A stretch of DNA of 64,000 nucleotides from Alphaproteobacteria bacterium (GTDB lineage: Bacteria > Pseudomonadota > Alphaproteobacteria > Rickettsiales > UBA1997): positions 59,131 through 123,130 of the forward strand of contig JAGKWR010000002.1 of assembly GCA_021151765.1 (NCBI GenBank), given 5' to 3'. This document shows, in pieces, positions 11,196-22,102 of the stretch. Under the pieces are notes generated by a model, which was given only the letters and a program-made list of their open reading frames with translations, had not been told where the DNA came from and did not search any database. The translations under genes were made by a program, and so were the position numbers. Within the stretch, counting starts at the first letter, position 1, and every line of letters begins with the position of its first letter.

Positions 11196-12449
11196 TTACT
11201 GTTTGTTGAAATACAGGGTGACTAAACTTCCAAAAAAAATGGATAGAATCGATGCGATTAAAATTCCGATTTTTACGCGGTCAAGAATTATCATTACTGA
11301 ATCTGTAATTGTATTATTTTGCACAAAAGACAACTCACCGATAAATAAACTCATGGTAAAGCCAATAGCTGTAAAAATGACTACTGAGTAAAATTTAGAC
11401 CAACTAACTCTAGCACCCAGATTCTTAGGCAATTCAGCTATTTTCATTTTAACAGCTACGAAACTAAACAACATAACTCCAATCTGTTTACCGAAAAACA
11501 AACCACAAATAATTCCCAAAGTAAGAGAATCACATAAGTCATTTACAGAAATATTTGAGATTTTTACTCCACTATTCGCCAAGGCAAAAATTGGTAAGAT
11601 TAAAAAATTAACCCACGGAGAAATTCTATGCGCCAAATTCTTTAAAAAATCCTGATTATGAGTTTTTAATGGAATAAAAAATGCTAACAAAACTCCGGCT
11701 AGAGTCGCATGAATACCTGATTTCAGAACGAATAGCCACAACAAAATTCCAAGTAACAAATACAGTACAATGTTTCCTGAATTATAACGATTTAACAATC
11801 CAAGAACCACTAAAGGTATCAAACTTAACCCCAAAAAAACGAAGCTCAAATCTTGGGAATAGAAAGCTGCAATTATTACAATCGCCATCAAATCATCGAG
11901 CACTGCCAAAGTGACGATAAAAACTTTCAAACAATGTGGAATTCTTTTGCCGAAGAAACAAATTACTCCGTAAGCAAAAGCAATGTCCGTAGCAGTTGGT
12001 ATTGCAAAACCTGTTAAATTTTGCGGCTTATTAAAATTGAAAGCACAAAAAATTATCGCCGGAACTATAACTCCGCCGAAAGCTGCCAATGCCGGCAGTG
12101 AGATTTTCTTTACACTGTTCAACTCTCCAACCAAGATTTCTTTCTTAAGTTCAAGACCGATTAGAAAGAAAAAAATCGCCATCAGAGCATCATTAATCCA
12201 ATCTTTGAGGGATAAATTTTTGTGGATCGATAAAAGGTCGATTGTAAGCGGCATTTGCTTGCCTAGTATGGCAAAATAATAGTCAGAGTAACTCGAATTA
12301 ACCCAAATTAAAGCGCAAGCGGTTGCTAAAAACAGTAAAATTGCCGTTGCAGCTTCAAGTTCGAAGAATTTTTTTATTCTAGTTGGAAGTAATTTATATT
12401 TTGAAGTCTTCACCAAGATAAACCTTTTTAACATCGGCGTTATTAACAA
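11196..12449 (-). CDS. nhaA: Na+/H+ antiporter NhaA
   Basis: 417 aa. [17 protein letters not shown] and [14 protein letters not shown] match E. coli NhaA motifs. The start is uncertain because the ORF 5' end overlaps the lptB 3' end (12394-12449). Confidence 0.9.
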   Translation of the reverse strand: MLITPMLKRFILVKTSKYKLLPTRIKKFFELEAATAILLFLATACALIWVNSSYSDYYFAILGKQMPLTIDLLSIHKNLSLKDWINDALMAIFFFLIGLELKKEILVGELNSVKKISLPALAAFGGVIVPAIIFCAFNFNKPQNLTGFAIPTATDIAFAYGVICFFGKRIPHCLKVFIVTLAVLDDLMAIVIIAAFYSQDLSFVFLGLSLIPLVVLGLLNRYNSGNIVLYLLLGILLWLFVLKSGIHATLAGVLLAFFIPLKTHNQDFLKNLAHRISPWVNFLILPIFALANSGVKISNISVNDLCDSLTLGIICGLFFGKQIGVMLFSFVAVKMKIAELPKNLGARVSWSKFYSVVIFTAIGFTMSLFIGELSFVQNNTITDSVMIILDRVKIGILIASILSIFFGSLVTLYFNKQ

Positions 12450-13119
12450 TTTCGTCTTTTGTACCTGAAGTCAAAATCATGCCATCGTAAACAATATAAG
12501 CTCGATCCACAATTGATAAAGTTTCACGCACATTGTGATCAGTAATCAAAACACCAATATTTTTACGAGTTAGATGCGAAACCAAGATTCTAATATCATT
12601 TACCGCAATTGGATCAATACCAGCAAATGGTTCATCGAGTAAAATAAATGATGGATTTGATGCTAAAGCACGAGCAATTTCCGCCCTTCTTCTCTCACCA
12701 CCAGACAATGCCAAGGCGTGAGATTTTCTGATGTGAGTGATTGAAAATTCTTGTAGCAATTCTTCCAAGCGTTCTTTGCGCTTTACTGAATCTTGTTCGA
12801 CAATTTCCAGAATCGAGTAAATATTCTCTTCTACAGTCATATCGCGAAAAATCGAGGCTTCTTGCGGTAAATAGCCGATGCCAAGGCGGGCTCTTTGATA
12901 CATTGGCATATCTGTAATATCGATCTGATCGAGAAAAATATTACCATGACCAACATTTACCAAACCAACAATCATATAAAAACACGTGGTTTTTCCTGCG
13001 CCATTAGGACCAAGCAATCCGATAACTTCACCTTGTTTTATCTCAAAACTGATATCGCGAATAACGGTTTTTTTACCGTATTTTTTGCCTAAATTTTTTG
13101 CGCTTAAAACCTTAATCAT
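12394..13119 (-). CDS. lptB: LPS export ABC transporter ATP-binding protein LptB
   Basis: 241 aa. Walker [10 protein letters not shown], signature LSGGERRR, Walker B ILLDEP. Lies directly downstream of an LptA-like gene. Confidence 0.9.
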   Translation of the reverse strand: MIKVLSAKNLGKKYGKKTVIRDISFEIKQGEVIGLLGPNGAGKTTCFYMIVGLVNVGHGNIFLDQIDITDMPMYQRARLGIGYLPQEASIFRDMTVEENIYSILEIVEQDSVKRKERLEELLQEFSITHIRKSHALALSGGERRRAEIARALASNPSFILLDEPFAGIDPIAVNDIRILVSHLTRKNIGVLITDHNVRETLSIVDRAYIVYDGMILTSGTKDEIVNNADVKKVYLGEDFKI

Positions 13120-13766
13120 TGCTGTTCTTTTGACTTTTTAAACTCTTTGGCATCGTCGCCAAGTATCACTGTAACTCTTTTATCAAAACCTACCGGATGT
13201 TCTTTTTGATCACCCACAAAGTAACTTTTTTTCGTGGCAATATGATGAATAAATTTGTCACCACGTGCCACAGAAACTCCGTTATTCACCATAACATTTT
13301 TTTCCAAAACAAAAATATCTTGTTCTGGGTCGTAATATCCTTTATCGCCTACTGCTGTGAATTCATCACTAAAAATTCTAACTTTCTCGTTAGTGTAAAC
13401 TCGCTTGATTACCGATTTATTTTTATTTGGTTCTCTATTTTGTTCTATTTTTTTTTCTGCGCCCTCTTCTGAAGTTTCTTCAGATTTCTGTTTTTCTAAT
13501 TTCTTCTCTTTTTTTTCAGCATAGAGAATAGTCATTTTGTTGGATAAAAAACTGCTGTCATCTTTTTCAACTACAACGTTACCAATAAAATTTACTTGTT
13601 CAGATTTTCTCTTGATGTCGATTATATCTGATCTTATTTTCGTCGGGCTTGTTTTGGAAGATTTAGGCGCGCTCTTTTCTTTCAATTCAACATCTTCTTG
13701 CGCAACAGCGAAGTCACACAAAAAAAGCAAAAACAATAATTTGAATATGATGAAGAACCTGAACAT
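13116..13766 (-). CDS. lptA: LptA/OstA-family periplasmic LPS transport protein
   Basis: ORF 13116..13838. Signal-like [23 protein letters not shown] from Met25 (13766). OstA-type beta-jellyroll repeats (ADxIDIxRKSEQVxFxGNVVV...). Has a 4-nt overlap with lptB. Confidence 0.7.
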   Translation of the reverse strand: MFRFFIIFKLLFLLFLCDFAVAQEDVELKEKSAPKSSKTSPTKIRSDIIDIKRKSEQVNFIGNVVVEKDDSSFLSNKMTILYAEKKEKKLEKQKSEETSEEGAEKKIEQNREPNKNKSVIKRVYTNEKVRIFSDEFTAVGDKGYYDPEQDIFVLEKNVMVNNGVSVARGDKFIHHIATKKSYFVGDQKEHPVGFDKRVTVILGDDAKEFKKSKEQQ

Positions 13767-14271
13767 GAAATTTAATCTAGGACGATTTATCTTCTTCGTT
13801 TTTATAGGTTTAATTGCAGGAATTATTGTTTTTAACACACCTAAAAGCCTTGACGCAGAAGAGCTGAAACAATTTAACCGCGATCCTAAAAACTATAATG
13901 TTAAGTTGCAAATTTTAAATCCAAACAATTCCACAGTCGCTGAATTCATGGTTGCAGTTGCCGATGATGACAATAAAAGAATGTATGGTTTGATGTTTTT
14001 AGAACAAATGCCACAAGACTTTGGAATGATTTTCCACTTCAACAAAAATTCTGAAGTTAACATGTGGATGAAAAACACAATGATCACCCTTGATATGCTT
14101 TTCATCAACGATCAAGGCGAAATTGTGACTATAAAAGAAAATACCAAACCTTATTCGCTAGACATCATTTCTTCGGAAAAACCTGTTACTCAAGTTTTGG
14201 AAATAAATGGCGGAATTTGCAAAAAACTCAGTATTAAAGTTGGTCAAAAAATAAGAATTTTAAAAGCGTAA
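13747..14271 (+). CDS. DUF192 domain protein
   Basis: RMYGLMFLEQMPQDFGMIFHF...MWMKNTMITLDMLFINDQGEIV fits the DUF192 pattern. The track start at 13537 is antisense to lptA, so I use the MMKNLNMKF... start (13747, or 13765), which gives a TM or signal segment. Confidence 0.7.
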   Translation: MMKNLNMKFNLGRFIFFVFIGLIAGIIVFNTPKSLDAEELKQFNRDPKNYNVKLQILNPNNSTVAEFMVAVADDDNKRMYGLMFLEQMPQDFGMIFHFNKNSEVNMWMKNTMITLDMLFINDQGEIVTIKENTKPYSLDIISSEKPVTQVLEINGGICKKLSIKVGQKIRILKA

Positions 14272-15575
14272 TGAAAATATTTGTTATCCAAGACAAGCTG
14301 ACTTCCAACCTCGAATCTTCAGCAAAATCAAGCTTTTATCAATTCATAACCAAATCGCAACAAGATGGCGAAAGCGTTAATGCTAAAGTTGAAGAAATTA
14401 TCGCACAGACCAAAAAATCTGGAGACGCTACTCTGATCAAACTTTCCAATCAATTCGATAAAACCAAATTCAAGAAAGCTGCTGATTTTGTAGTTAGTGA
14501 AAAAGAAATTAATGCTGCCGAAAAACTGGTCGATAAATCAATTAAATCAGCACTTGAGAAAGCTTTTAAACGCATAAAATCTTATCACGAAAAACAACTT
14601 CCCCAAGATTTCCGTTACCGCGACAAAGAAGGAGTTGAACTCGGTAACTTATGGCGAGCTGTTGAAAGTATCGGAATTTACACACCTGGTGGCACTGCTT
14701 CTTACCCAAGTTCAGTTTTAATGTCTGCCGTTCCAGCTCTTGTAGCCGGAGTTAAAGATATCTCGATGTGTGTTCCAACAAGTGCTGGCGCGATTAATCC
14801 TGCAGTTTTATTGGCAGCAAAAATTTGCGGCATAAAAAAAATCTACAAAGTGGGAGGAGCACAAGCTGTTGCAGCTTTGGCTTATGGCACCAAAACCATT
14901 TCCAAAGTTAATAAAATCGTTGGCCCAGGAAATTCATACGTAGCTGCTGCTAAAAAAATTCTTTTTGGAACAGTTGGTATCGATATGATCGCCGGCCCAA
15001 CTGACATTACGATAATCGCCGATAAAAATAATAATCCTGATTGGATCGCCGCTGATGCTTTGTCGCAGCTTGAACACGGAGCCGATTCTAAAGCCTTTAT
15101 AATCACTAATGATGAAAACTTCGCCATCAAAGTTGTAGCTGCAATTCATAATATTGCTCACACTCTGCCACGCTATGAAATCATTGAAAAAAGCATGGAA
15201 AATTCAGCAATTTTTGTGATTAAAAATATCGAAGATAGCGCGCATCTGGCTAATTTTATCGCACCAGAACATTTGGAAATCGCTACCAAAAATCCTGAAA
15301 AAATAATGCAAAAAATCAAAAACGCCGGTGCAATTTTCTTAGGAAATTATACTCCCGAAGCAATTGGAGACTATATGGCCGGCCCAAGCCACACTTTACC
15401 AACTTCAGCTTCCGCAAAATTTTCTAGCGGTCTGTCTGTTTTTGATTTCCTAAAAAGAATTTCACTGATTTCTTGCACGCAAGAATCTTTCAATAAATTA
15501 GCCAAAAGCACTTCTACATTAGCTGAATGTGAAGGTTTGCACGCCCATAAATTAAGTGTTGATATTCGCAGATGA
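14271..15575 (+). CDS. hisD: histidinol dehydrogenase
   Basis: 434 aa. GGAQAVAALAYGT, SQLEHGADS and GPSHTLPTSASAKFSSGLSVFDFLK. Confidence 0.9.
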   Translation: MKIFVIQDKLTSNLESSAKSSFYQFITKSQQDGESVNAKVEEIIAQTKKSGDATLIKLSNQFDKTKFKKAADFVVSEKEINAAEKLVDKSIKSALEKAFKRIKSYHEKQLPQDFRYRDKEGVELGNLWRAVESIGIYTPGGTASYPSSVLMSAVPALVAGVKDISMCVPTSAGAINPAVLLAAKICGIKKIYKVGGAQAVAALAYGTKTISKVNKIVGPGNSYVAAAKKILFGTVGIDMIAGPTDITIIADKNNNPDWIAADALSQLEHGADSKAFIITNDENFAIKVVAAIHNIAHTLPRYEIIEKSMENSAIFVIKNIEDSAHLANFIAPEHLEIATKNPEKIMQKIKNAGAIFLGNYTPEAIGDYMAGPSHTLPTSASAKFSSGLSVFDFLKRISLISCTQESFNKLAKSTSTLAECEGLHAHKLSVDIRR

Positions 15576-16321
15576 TAAAAAAAATAATCCTAACAACTTG
15601 TTTACTTACTGTTGCTTTAAGCAGTTTTTCTTGTTCGAAAAAGAAGGAAGAAAAATCCAATGCTGAAATTGCCTATACCAAAGCAATGAAAAAGCTAAAA
15701 GATCGTGAATTTGTAAGCGCGGCTGAAGCTTTTAGCAAAATTGACGATGATTATCCTTTCTCAAAATGGGCAGTTAAAGCCCAAACTATGGCTGTTTATG
15801 CCTACTATAAAGAAGAAGATTACAATAAGTTAATCTCGACAGTTGATGATTTTATTCGTCTCAACCCAGCAAACAGCGATGTGTCTTACATGCTGTACAT
15901 GAAAGGTCGTGCCTTTTTTAACCAAATTCCAGAAATTGATCGCGCCCAAGACAATACTCATGAGGCTTCTGCAACATTTCGCGAGTTGATCGCACGCTTT
16001 CCTGATTCACAATATTCAGAAGATGCACGCAAAAAATTATCCTACATTGATGAACATCTGGCCGGAGCTAAAATGTCGATTGGACGCTACGAAATTCGTA
16101 ACAAAAATTATGTGGGCGCGATCGGTAATTTTACTGAAGTTACTGAGCGTTACCGCCTTACTAGCCAAGTACCTGAGGCTTATTTTCGTCTCACAGAAAT
16201 TTATTATAAAATTGGTATCAAAAAAGAAGCACTCGCTGCTTTCAATAATCTCAAAAGCACTTTTCCAAACAGTGAATGGAAAAATTTAGCGACTAAAATC
16301 GACCCTGAATTATTTCAATGA
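15572..16321 (+). CDS. bamD: outer membrane protein assembly factor BamD
   Basis: 249 aa. Lipobox LSSFSC and TPR-like repeats (DDDYPFSKWAVKAQTMAVYAYYKEEDY; RFPDSQYSEDA). Confidence 0.8.
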   Translation: MIKKIILTTCLLTVALSSFSCSKKKEEKSNAEIAYTKAMKKLKDREFVSAAEAFSKIDDDYPFSKWAVKAQTMAVYAYYKEEDYNKLISTVDDFIRLNPANSDVSYMLYMKGRAFFNQIPEIDRAQDNTHEASATFRELIARFPDSQYSEDARKKLSYIDEHLAGAKMSIGRYEIRNKNYVGAIGNFTEVTERYRLTSQVPEAYFRLTEIYYKIGIKKEALAAFNNLKSTFPNSEWKNLATKIDPELFQ

Positions 16322-17562
16322 AAACTCGCGCTATTATTGGCTCCGACAATATTTGGCTGCCCTACACTCAAATGCAAAATCATTTGCCGCAGCTCGAAGT
16401 TTTGCGCACGAAAGATTGTAAAATTTTCCTCAAAGATGGTCGTGTTTTAATTGACGGAATCAGCTCTTGGTGGTCTGTGGCGCACGGTTACAATCATCCG
16501 CATTTAGTTAAAGAAATCACCAAACAAGTCAAAATTTTGCCGCATATTATGATGGCGGGATTTGCCGCCGATCAAACTTACAAGCTGGCAAATCGCTTGT
16601 GTAATTTCGCAAAAATGGATCGTGTTTTCTTTTCCGATTCCGGATCAACAGCAGTTGAAGTTGCCATGAAAATGTGTTGGCAATTTCACATAAATAAAGG
16701 CGAAAAAACGCGTACGAAATTTATTTCATTTAAAAATTCTTATCACGGCGACACTACTGGCGCAATGTCTTTGGCTGATTTAAACAGCGGCATGCATCAA
16801 AAATTCGCTAATTTATTGCTACAAAATTTTTCGCTCGATTTACCCCAAAATACTCAAGATTTAATCGAATTTGAAAATTTTATCGTCGCGCATAAATCAC
16901 AACTTGCCGGAATTTTTGTTGAACCAATGGTGCAATGCGCTGGCGGTATGGTTTTTGGTGATGCACAAATTTTACGTCAGATTTTTTTGATCGCCAAAAA
17001 ACATCAAATTCTTTTCGTGGCCGATGAATGCGCTGTCGGGTTTTATCGCCTCGGCAAAAAATTTGGCTGTGATTTTGCAGAAATTTCACCAGATATTTTA
17101 ACTTTAGGGAAAGCACTGACTGGCGGATTTGTTGGCTTGGCAGCAACTTTAACAACAAACGAGATTTTCGAAACTTTCCTCAGCGACTCGCTCGACAACG
17201 CTTTGATGCACGGACCAACTTTTATGGGCAACCCTCTTGCCTGTTCAGCTGCCAACGCTTCGCTCGATCTTTTTGAAAAATATGACTACGCCAAAAAAGT
17301 CGCCAAAATCGAGAAATTTTTACTGCGAGAATTAAACAAATGCCGCAGCAAAAAAAATGTCAAAGGTGTACGCGTGATTGGCGCGATCGGTGTTGTCGAA
17401 ATTGTCGGCGACTTCAGCAAAATGTTGGAATTACGCCAAAAATTTATCGCCGCCGGAGTATTCTTGCGCCCTTTCGCCAATTGTGTTTACGTCATGCCAG
17501 CCTTGAACATCAAAAAGAGCGATTTGCAAAAAATCACTGACGCTATCAACGCCATTTTGTAA
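16318..17562 (+). CDS. bioA: adenosylmethionine-8-amino-7-oxononanoate aminotransferase
   Basis: 414 aa. IWLPYTQM, SSWWSVAHGYNHP, DECAVGFYRLGK and LTLGKALTGG. Confidence 0.85.
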   Translation: MKTRAIIGSDNIWLPYTQMQNHLPQLEVLRTKDCKIFLKDGRVLIDGISSWWSVAHGYNHPHLVKEITKQVKILPHIMMAGFAADQTYKLANRLCNFAKMDRVFFSDSGSTAVEVAMKMCWQFHINKGEKTRTKFISFKNSYHGDTTGAMSLADLNSGMHQKFANLLLQNFSLDLPQNTQDLIEFENFIVAHKSQLAGIFVEPMVQCAGGMVFGDAQILRQIFLIAKKHQILFVADECAVGFYRLGKKFGCDFAEISPDILTLGKALTGGFVGLAATLTTNEIFETFLSDSLDNALMHGPTFMGNPLACSAANASLDLFEKYDYAKKVAKIEKFLLRELNKCRSKKNVKGVRVIGAIGVVEIVGDFSKMLELRQKFIAAGVFLRPFANCVYVMPALNIKKSDLQKITDAINAIL

Positions 17563-17593
17563 TTATTTTCAGCCCTGCCTTAGTTTAAAAAAT

Positions 17594-19342
17594 TTATTCA
17601 GCGTAAAAATTTGCAATCACTTCGCTGTATTTTTTTTCAAGAACTGCTCGCTTAAGTTTCATTGAAGGAGTTATGTCGCCGGATTCGATGGATATTGGCT
17701 GCGTTGCGATATGAAATTTTTGAATTTGTTCCCAGTGATCTAACTTAGAATTCAGAATTGTGATATTTTTTTCGACGAATTGTTGTAAAATTTTTGATTG
17801 TAGAAACTCAACATCATCGCCTTTGAAATTAAATTTTTGTTTGAATTTTTCCAAAGTTTCAAATTCGGGAAACAACAAAGCACTGGTAAATTTTCGCCCT
17901 TCCCCGATTACAACCGCGCCCAACAAAAAGCCTAAATTTTGCATTAATTTTTGTTCTAAAACTACCGGCGAAACATATTTTCCATTAGCGTTTTTGAAAA
18001 CTTCTTTTTTGCGCCCAATAATTTTTACAAAACCATCAGCGTCAATTTCGGCAAGATCACCGGTTTTAATCCAACCATCTTTCATAACTTCTGCAGTTTT
18101 TGCCGCATCGTTATGATATCCGCGCATAATATTTGAACCACTTGCCAGCAATTCGCCATCCTCAGCAATTTTAAGTTTTACGGAAGTAAAAGCTTTGCCA
18201 ACAGTGCCGAATTTGTGATGATCCGGACAATTTGCCGCCAAAACTGGCGCACATTCTGTCATGCCGTAACCACAATATAGTGCAACACCGATATTGCGAT
18301 AAAAGCGTTCGATATCTTGTGACAAAGCTGCTCCACCACAAATCATCATACGCATTTTGCCACCTAAAGCAGCACGGAATTTTTTATAAACCAACACATC
18401 AAAAATTTTATCGAGCAGATTTTGCGGACACTCAACATCTTTACTCAAAGCACGTTTTATGGCTTTTTGGCCTAAAAATTTTTTGAAAAAACTACCATTT
18501 TCAACATTGTCTTTGATGCGCGCAAAAACTTTTTCCATCACTCGCGGCACAGTCGTCATCAAGTTTGGTTGCACTTCACGCAAAAAAACGCCGACATTTT
18601 TTACATCGTCAACAAAATGAACCTCAACACCTTGCGTAATGTAAAACATCATCACCATACGTTCAAAAATATGGGCTAAAGGCAGGAAAGACAAAACTAC
18701 ATCTTCTTTTTCTAAACGATAAAAAATCGCCGTATCGTGAATTTGCGAAACTAAATTTTGATGAGTTAATTCAACGCCTTTGGGCTTTCCAGTGCTTCCC
18801 GAAGTATAAATTATTGTCGCTAAATCTTGCGGATTTGTCGCGCTGACTAAATCTGCAAAATTGTATTTTTGCTGCTGCGCTGCTTGGCGACCAATTTCTA
18901 ATATTTCTTCAAAGCTCACTGCACCTTGCTTTCCGGCTGCATAAGAAATTATTTTTATGTCGGGATTATAATTTCTAACTTGCTCTAAAACCGCGTCATT
19001 ATCGGTGAAAAAATACGCAACTTTGGCGTCGTTAATTTCAAAAATTAAATTCTCGCTCGAAATATTATCAAAAATTGGAACTGTCACTGCACCAGCTAAA
19101 ATGGAGGCGAAATCAACAATTAACCAGATTGGATTTTGATAAGAACAAATCGCCAAAGTTTGATTTTTCGTAACTCCAATTTCTTTCAGTCCGCAAGCAA
19201 AATGGAAGATATCATCACAAAATTGCTGATTGGAAAAACTGCGCCACTGACCATTTTCTTTGAAATTTAAAGCTCGCGCATTGTTGAACTGTTGTGCTTG
19301 AAAATCGATTAGTTGCGTTAAAGTTTTGAAATTGGCCATCAA
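17594..19342 (-). CDS. long-chain acyl-CoA synthetase (AMP-forming)
   Basis: 582 aa. YTSGSTGKPKGV, GYGMTE and TGDLAEID adenylate-forming motifs. Confidence 0.85.
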   Translation of the reverse strand: MMANFKTLTQLIDFQAQQFNNARALNFKENGQWRSFSNQQFCDDIFHFACGLKEIGVTKNQTLAICSYQNPIWLIVDFASILAGAVTVPIFDNISSENLIFEINDAKVAYFFTDNDAVLEQVRNYNPDIKIISYAAGKQGAVSFEEILEIGRQAAQQQKYNFADLVSATNPQDLATIIYTSGSTGKPKGVELTHQNLVSQIHDTAIFYRLEKEDVVLSFLPLAHIFERMVMMFYITQGVEVHFVDDVKNVGVFLREVQPNLMTTVPRVMEKVFARIKDNVENGSFFKKFLGQKAIKRALSKDVECPQNLLDKIFDVLVYKKFRAALGGKMRMMICGGAALSQDIERFYRNIGVALYCGYGMTECAPVLAANCPDHHKFGTVGKAFTSVKLKIAEDGELLASGSNIMRGYHNDAAKTAEVMKDGWIKTGDLAEIDADGFVKIIGRKKEVFKNANGKYVSPVVLEQKLMQNLGFLLGAVVIGEGRKFTSALLFPEFETLEKFKQKFNFKGDDVEFLQSKILQQFVEKNITILNSKLDHWEQIQKFHIATQPISIESGDITPSMKLKRAVLEKKYSEVIANFYAE

Positions 19343-20458
19343 TTATAGAATATTTTTAATCAAACCAAAAATTGTCTGAACTTTTAAGTATAAGTCAGGA
19401 TTATGCTGCAGATAAGAACGAATCATCACATCAACACCTGAAGTTTTGGCGAAATACAAACAAATTATCATCAAAAACATGATCGAAAAATAATTGGCGA
19501 TCGAATCAAAAAAACGTGGCCCAATCATTGATTCTGTAATCTTAACATTTTGCACTTTAGCAATTCTTTTGGCGGTGCCGGGATGAGTTGAAAAAAGTGT
19601 AAAATAACCGCCTTTTCCAAGCATCGACAAAGCCAGTGCCATGTTGTGTCCGCCGAAAGCACGCGCTGATTGATAATCACAACGAAATTCCAAAGAACGG
19701 CTGATAAAACGGCGTAAAAATTCGTAAACGTTATACACCACGAAACGATTAAAAAAAGTCAGCAAAAATCGCGTCACCGAATATAAATTTGTCATGATAT
19801 AGCTATATTGTCGCATCGCTGGAATCATCACGAAAAATTGCGTAATTACTCGAAATATTGTAGTCAAAACTGACGACACAAAATTGGTTACTTTTTGATT
19901 AGTGATGATCAAAAAACCCGGTAAAAAATCTTTATTCACAAGATGCGACATCTCATGCCCTATAATGCTGCGCAAGGCATTAAGGAATTTTTTTGGATCA
20001 GAACACTCAACCAAATAATGTTTAATTAAACCGTGAGTTAAAACTATCGCTTTTTTGTTGAAACTGCTCACCGCGTAGGCGTTTATTTCATCAGAATTCT
20101 TAACGTATAAACGTACATTTTTTTCACCAAATTTAGTTTTAACTTGATCGAAAATATCGCTCAAAAAATCGTAATCTTTAATCTTGTCAAAACGCTTGCA
20201 GTTCTTCAAAGAAGAGCGCACAGAAAAGCCAAACAGAAAATCTAAAAATAAATAAAACAGCATCAAAAAGCTGATAACGAAAAAGATAAAACAAAAAACC
20301 AACTGTAATTTATTTAACATTCCATTATCTAAGGTAGAGTGATTTGCTCCCATATTAATCAATGGCAGAAGCGCAATCGTAAAAGGTGAAATCAAAACCA
20401 TAATGTTAATTACGGTAATCACATAAACGAGAATCAAACTAATAGGTTTAGAGAACAT
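19343..20458 (-). CDS. M48-family membrane metallopeptidase
   Basis: 371 aa. Multiple TM segments, HEMSHL (HExxH) and STHPGTAKRI. Confidence 0.7.
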   Translation of the reverse strand: MFSKPISLILVYVITVINIMVLISPFTIALLPLINMGANHSTLDNGMLNKLQLVFCFIFFVISFLMLFYLFLDFLFGFSVRSSLKNCKRFDKIKDYDFLSDIFDQVKTKFGEKNVRLYVKNSDEINAYAVSSFNKKAIVLTHGLIKHYLVECSDPKKFLNALRSIIGHEMSHLVNKDFLPGFLIITNQKVTNFVSSVLTTIFRVITQFFVMIPAMRQYSYIMTNLYSVTRFLLTFFNRFVVYNVYEFLRRFISRSLEFRCDYQSARAFGGHNMALALSMLGKGGYFTLFSTHPGTAKRIAKVQNVKITESMIGPRFFDSIANYFSIMFLMIICLYFAKTSGVDVMIRSYLQHNPDLYLKVQTIFGLIKNIL

Positions 20459-20557
20459 GAATTTTCAGAAATTTAAGAGAAAGAATGTTTGAAATTTTTT
20501 AATAACTTATTACTTAGGACATAAATTTTTCAATTCTTTAATCCTACTTTAACAAAA

Positions 20558-21385
20558 ATGCGTACAATCCAAGTTCAAAATCTCAAAATCGCCAACAACT
20601 TACCATTCACTTTGCTTGCTGGCCCTTGCCAAACAGAATCAATGGATCACAGCTTGATGATGGCAAGCAACATAAAAAGAATTTGCGATAAGCTCGGCAT
20701 TAATTTTATTTACAAATCATCTTTCGACAAAGCCAATCGTTCAAGCGTTGGCGGTCAACGTGGTGCTGGATTGGAGAAAACTTTGCCAATTTTTGCCGAA
20801 ATCAAAAAACAATTTAAATGCCCAATCATCACTGACATTCACAACGAAGAACATTGCCGCATTTTGGCTGATCGTGAAGAAGTCGATATTTTACAAGTTC
20901 CAGCATTTTTGTGTCGCCAAACTGATTTATTGGAAGCCGCCGCGAAAAGTGGTAAAGTGATTAACATCAAAAAAGGTCAATTTTTAGCGCCTTGGGATGC
21001 CGCAAATATCGTTAAAAAAATGGATTATTTCGGTAACCAAAACGTAATGTTGACTGAACGTGGCGTCAGCTTTGGCTACAATACTTTGGTTTCTGATATG
21101 CGTTCATTGCCAATCATGGCACAAACTGGTTGCCCAGTTGTGTTTGATGCGACGCACTCAGTTCAACAACCTGGTGGTTTAGGCGGCGCTAGTGGCGGCC
21201 AACGTGAATTTGTCGATACTTTGGCTTCAGCAGCAGTCGCAGTTGGTGTTGCCGCTGTATTTATGGAAGTTCACCAAGATCCAGATAACGCGCCTTCAGA
21301 TGGTCCATGCATGGTGCGTTTAGACAATTTAGAAAAACTTTTGACCAAATTGAAAAAATTAGACGAGATCGCCAAAGCTCAGTAA
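20558..21385 (+). CDS. kdsA: 2-dehydro-3-deoxyphosphooctonate aldolase
   Basis: 275 aa. [32 protein letters not shown] and ATHSVQ. Confidence 0.95.
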   Translation: MRTIQVQNLKIANNLPFTLLAGPCQTESMDHSLMMASNIKRICDKLGINFIYKSSFDKANRSSVGGQRGAGLEKTLPIFAEIKKQFKCPIITDIHNEEHCRILADREEVDILQVPAFLCRQTDLLEAAAKSGKVINIKKGQFLAPWDAANIVKKMDYFGNQNVMLTERGVSFGYNTLVSDMRSLPIMAQTGCPVVFDATHSVQQPGGLGGASGGQREFVDTLASAAVAVGVAAVFMEVHQDPDNAPSDGPCMVRLDNLEKLLTKLKKLDEIAKAQ

Positions 21386-21400
21386 CAACTAAAAAACCAT

Positions 21401-22069
21401 ATGAAACTTCATCTTTTAGTTATCGACGACGACACCAGATTACGTAACCTTCTTGGACGCTTCTTGGAAGAAAATGGCTTTCAGGTGTCACTTGCTAAAG
21501 ATACAGCTGAAGCGAAAAATATGATCGAAACCACAAGGTTTGATTTGATGATTGTTGACGTAATGATGCCCGGCGAAAGCGGTATCGAATTTACTTCTAA
21601 TTTCCGCAAAAGTTCTACCACTCCAATAGTTATGCTAACTGCACGTGGTGAGTTTGAAGATCGCATTAAAGGTCTTGAATCTGGTGCCGATGATTATTTA
21701 CAAAAGCCTTTCGAACCAAAAGAATTACTACTACGCATCAATAATGTTTTGAAGCGTTTTGGCGTTGCTAGCAAAAATCCAAATATTTGTAGTTTTGGTG
21801 AATTCTCTTTCAATCTCAGTGACGGCCGTTTGAAAAAAGGCGAAGATTTCATTCACATCACTGATTCAGAAAGCAAAATTTTAAAAATATTGTGCCAAGA
21901 AACTGGCAAAGTAATCAGCCGCGAAACTTTGTCTTCATTATGCGGTGACATTGACGAACGTAGTATCGACGTTCAAATCACTCGCTTAAGACGCAAAATC
22001 GAATCCAATCCAAAACAGCCACACTACCTACAGACTGTAAGAAATAAAGGTTACGTGATTTACAATTAA
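21401..22069 (+). CDS. OmpR-family response regulator
   Basis: 222 aa. Receiver domain (VIDDD...DLMIVDVMMPG...MLTA) and winged helix (ERSIDVQITRLRRKIE...YLQTVRNKGY). Confidence 0.9.
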   Translation: MKLHLLVIDDDTRLRNLLGRFLEENGFQVSLAKDTAEAKNMIETTRFDLMIVDVMMPGESGIEFTSNFRKSSTTPIVMLTARGEFEDRIKGLESGADDYLQKPFEPKELLLRINNVLKRFGVASKNPNICSFGEFSFNLSDGRLKKGEDFIHITDSESKILKILCQETGKVISRETLSSLCGDIDERSIDVQITRLRRKIESNPKQPHYLQTVRNKGYVIYN

Positions 22070-22102
22070 AAATTGGATTTTGTTTTGCTACCAATTGTAG
22101 TT

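Noticed and set aside
12394-12449. 56-nt overlap between the lptB 3' end and the nhaA 5' end as a real coding overlap
   Set aside because: It more likely reflects an over-extended nhaA start call. The conserved NhaA sequence begins well downstream, although the only Met codons in the N-terminal region (12449, 12434) still overlap. The true start cannot be resolved from sequence alone.
13537-13746. Upstream 70 codons of the DUF192 ORF as listed in the track
   Set aside because: This part is antisense to the lptA coding region and has no DUF192 similarity. An internal MMKNLNMKF... start gives a sensible signal or TM segment.
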